NCBI GenBank assembly: GCA_028826165.1
Contig: JAPDFW010000134.1
Span: forward strand, 62,001-126,000
DNA length: 64,000 nucleotides
Reading direction: 5' to 3'
Source of the DNA: Anaeramoeba ignava BMAN
Taxonomy: Eukaryota; Protista; Anaeramoebae
The translations under genes were made by a program, and so were the position numbers. Below, piece by piece: positions 62,038 to 64,000 of the stretch. Each line of letters begins with the position of its first letter. Position 1 is the first letter of the stretch. A model generated the notes under the pieces. That model ran no database searches and was not told the origin of the DNA. It saw only the letters and a program-made list of their open reading frames with translations.

Positions 62038-63792
62038 TTAATTTTGATTATTAAATTTTTTAATTAATAAATCAAATAAATTTGGTTTTGTTTGATTTAA
62101 TTGAAAATAATCAATTCCTCTTTGAATTTCATTAATTATTTCTTTTGTAATTTGAATTTCATCTTTAATTTGATTTGAATAAATCCAATATTCAAATATT
62201 TGAAATGATTTATTACTTAATTCACTATAATCTGTAACTTTATTAGAAGTATCATTTGTTACAGATAAAAACATTCCTCGATATAATTCACTTCTCATTA
62301 TTAATATTAATTTTGGAAATTTATATTGTTTTTCTTTTCTTTCAATAATAAAATCTTTTTCTTTTTCATTTAAATAAATTCTTTTCATTGTTTCTTCAAT
62401 TTTTTCATTTAAATTTATAATTTCTTTAATTTCAGAATATAATTTTGGATTTATTTTGGAATTATTTGAATAAATCATTTCAAATATTTGATTAGATTCT
62501 TTAATTGATTTTTTTGAAATAATTTCTTGAAGTTTTTCAATTTGATTTTCATTTTCATTTTGATTTAATCTATATTTTAATATTAATTTATGAGCTTCAA
62601 TTATTTCTCCATTTTCGGTTTTAAATGAAATATTACAAAATTCTTTTCTTCTAAATAATTTTATCAAATCTTCTTCAAGATTGGAAAAAGAAGGAGAAGA
62701 ATAATAAAGAAATGATCTTTCATATCCACAAGAAAGATGATAATTAGAAATATCTTCATTAAATCTTAATTTAGGAAGTTCAATTTGAATTGGAATTAAT
62801 TGATATTTTGTATTTCCAGTTCCTAATTGACCATCATCATTATCACCAAATCCAATTAATTTATTATTGGAAGTTAAAATCAAAGTATGAGCATTTCCAC
62901 AAGAAAAATCAAGAATATTATCATCATTTTCAAATAAATATGATTTGATTTCAGTAAATTCATAAGTATTTTGATCTTGGCCAAGTCCATTATATGAGGA
63001 GCATCCACATGAATAAAGTTTTCTTTTTGGATTTTCATTTTCAATCAACATTACTGAATAAGAACAACCACATTTAATATCAATTATTTTACCTTTTGGA
63101 ATATTTTGGATTTTGGTTAATTTTTGGATTATTGTTTCTTTTTTTCTTGATTCTCCTAATCCAAGTTGACCATATTGATTATATCCGCATACAAATAATT
63201 CTTGATTTGAATTTAAAAGAAAAACATGATTTGAAGAATTTCCTGAAAATATTTTAGAAACATTTTTCATTATTAAAATTGGTTTTTGTGTTTTTTCAAG
63301 TGTTTTAGAATCAAAACCAAGTTGACCATATTGATTTGAACCAATTCCATAAGCATTTTGATTTGAAGTTAATAAGTAAAATGAATAAGCACCAGAAACA
63401 ATATCTTGAATTATTCTATCATTTGTATCTTCAATTAATGATGAAATATTGATAAATTCTTTTGGATTATTTGGATTAATATCTTTTCCTTTTGCAAATA
63501 CATTTCCTTCTTTTGTTAAAATAGCTTCATTTTGATAACTAACAGTTACTTTTTGAATATTTTCAATTTGGATTTTTTCAGGATTTTGATTTGAATCGTT
63601 TTGTTTTAAATATTCTATTGCTTTTCCATTTTTAAAAAGGAAAATTATTGAAAATAAACTTGATGAAATTTGTTTAATTTGTTTTTCATTTTCATTTTCA
63701 AATTTAAATTGAATTGGTTTTGTTATTTTATCTTTTTCATTTTTGATAAGTTTTGGATAGTCATTTAAACCAGAAAATAAACAATCATTCAT
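62038..63792 (-). CDS. RCC1-repeat + BTB-like protein, tandem paralogue without CaaX
   Basis: Highly similar to 59945-61831 along its length. Ends KKFNNQN*. Confidence 0.9.
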   Translation of the reverse strand: MNDCLFSGLNDYPKLIKNEKDKITKPIQFKFENENEKQIKQISSSLFSIIFLFKNGKAIEYLKQNDSNQNPEKIQIENIQKVTVSYQNEAILTKEGNVFAKGKDINPNNPKEFINISSLIEDTNDRIIQDIVSGAYSFYLLTSNQNAYGIGSNQYGQLGFDSKTLEKTQKPILIMKNVSKIFSGNSSNHVFLLNSNQELFVCGYNQYGQLGLGESRKKETIIQKLTKIQNIPKGKIIDIKCGCSYSVMLIENENPKRKLYSCGCSSYNGLGQDQNTYEFTEIKSYLFENDDNILDFSCGNAHTLILTSNNKLIGFGDNDDGQLGTGNTKYQLIPIQIELPKLRFNEDISNYHLSCGYERSFLYYSSPSFSNLEEDLIKLFRRKEFCNISFKTENGEIIEAHKLILKYRLNQNENENQIEKLQEIISKKSIKESNQIFEMIYSNNSKINPKLYSEIKEIINLNEKIEETMKRIYLNEKEKDFIIERKEKQYKFPKLILIMRSELYRGMFLSVTNDTSNKVTDYSELSNKSFQIFEYWIYSNQIKDEIQITKEIINEIQRGIDYFQLNQTKPNLFDLLIKKFNNQN

Positions 63793-63869
63793 TTTTGAAA
63801 AAGAAAAAAAATGAAAAAAAAAATTCTTAATTCTTAATTTTTAATTATTTTTATTCAAATATTTTGTTT

Positions 63870-64000
63870 TTAATCCAAAAAATAGCATTCAATTTCTTCC
63901 ACTTCCCAATTTTGAAAAGAACCTGCTAAATAATTTCTTGCTTCATTTGTTCCATAAATTATATCTTTTGGAGTATTATAAGTGAATCCAAAATTAGTGT
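63870..64000 (-). CDS. 3' end of a TLDc-domain gene (partial)
   Basis: Minus strand reads TNFGFTYNTPKDIIYGTNEARNYLAGSFQNWEVEEIECYFLD*, homologous to the C-terminus of 30019-31491. Confidence 0.85.
   Translation of the reverse strand, partial: TNFGFTYNTPKDIIYGTNEARNYLAGSFQNWEVEEIECYFLD

Overview
This window is very AT-rich eukaryotic (protist) genomic DNA, gene-dense and intron-rich. It carries about 20 protein-coding loci and roughly 48 GT-AG introns that I could join in frame by eye; many introns and intergenic spacers are filled with simple repeats. Recognisable genes: an ankyrin-repeat DH-PH RhoGEF, centriolin, a Kelch-BTB-BTB (LZTR1-like) protein, a bacterial-type MFS transporter, a BTB-TLDc protein, an FG-GAP/FN3 type I surface protein, UTP13/TBL3, condensin II NCAPH2, a PX-Kelch fusion, SPF45/RBM17, an ENTH/epsinR protein, ALIX/Bro1, a bacterial-type glycerate kinase, an EF-hand NCS/CNB-like protein, two tandem RCC1-BTB paralogues and the 3' end of another TLDc gene. 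The gene-family mix and repeat style suggest an anaerobic metamonad such as Anaeramoeba; this is inference, not verified. Four things stand out. (1) At 27.2-35.2 kb, two copies of a ~144-bp satellite plus a shared ~215-bp spacer bracket two expanded-family cargo genes. A decapitated copy of the BTB-TLDc 5' end sits beside the second copy, and a second, different satellite with the same ~144-bp period follows. (2) Putative Cul3 adaptors combine Kelch or RCC1 propellers with a shared BTB-BTB tail, and some carry K-Ras-like polybasic CaaX tails; leftover alternative C-terminal cassettes suggest recent tail swapping. (3) A TCATTTT initiator-like motif precedes most start codons. (4) Several single-base frameshifts, at UTP13 and 43.4-43.8 kb, look like assembly errors. 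No rRNA, tRNA, CRISPR array, transposase or intein was recognised.
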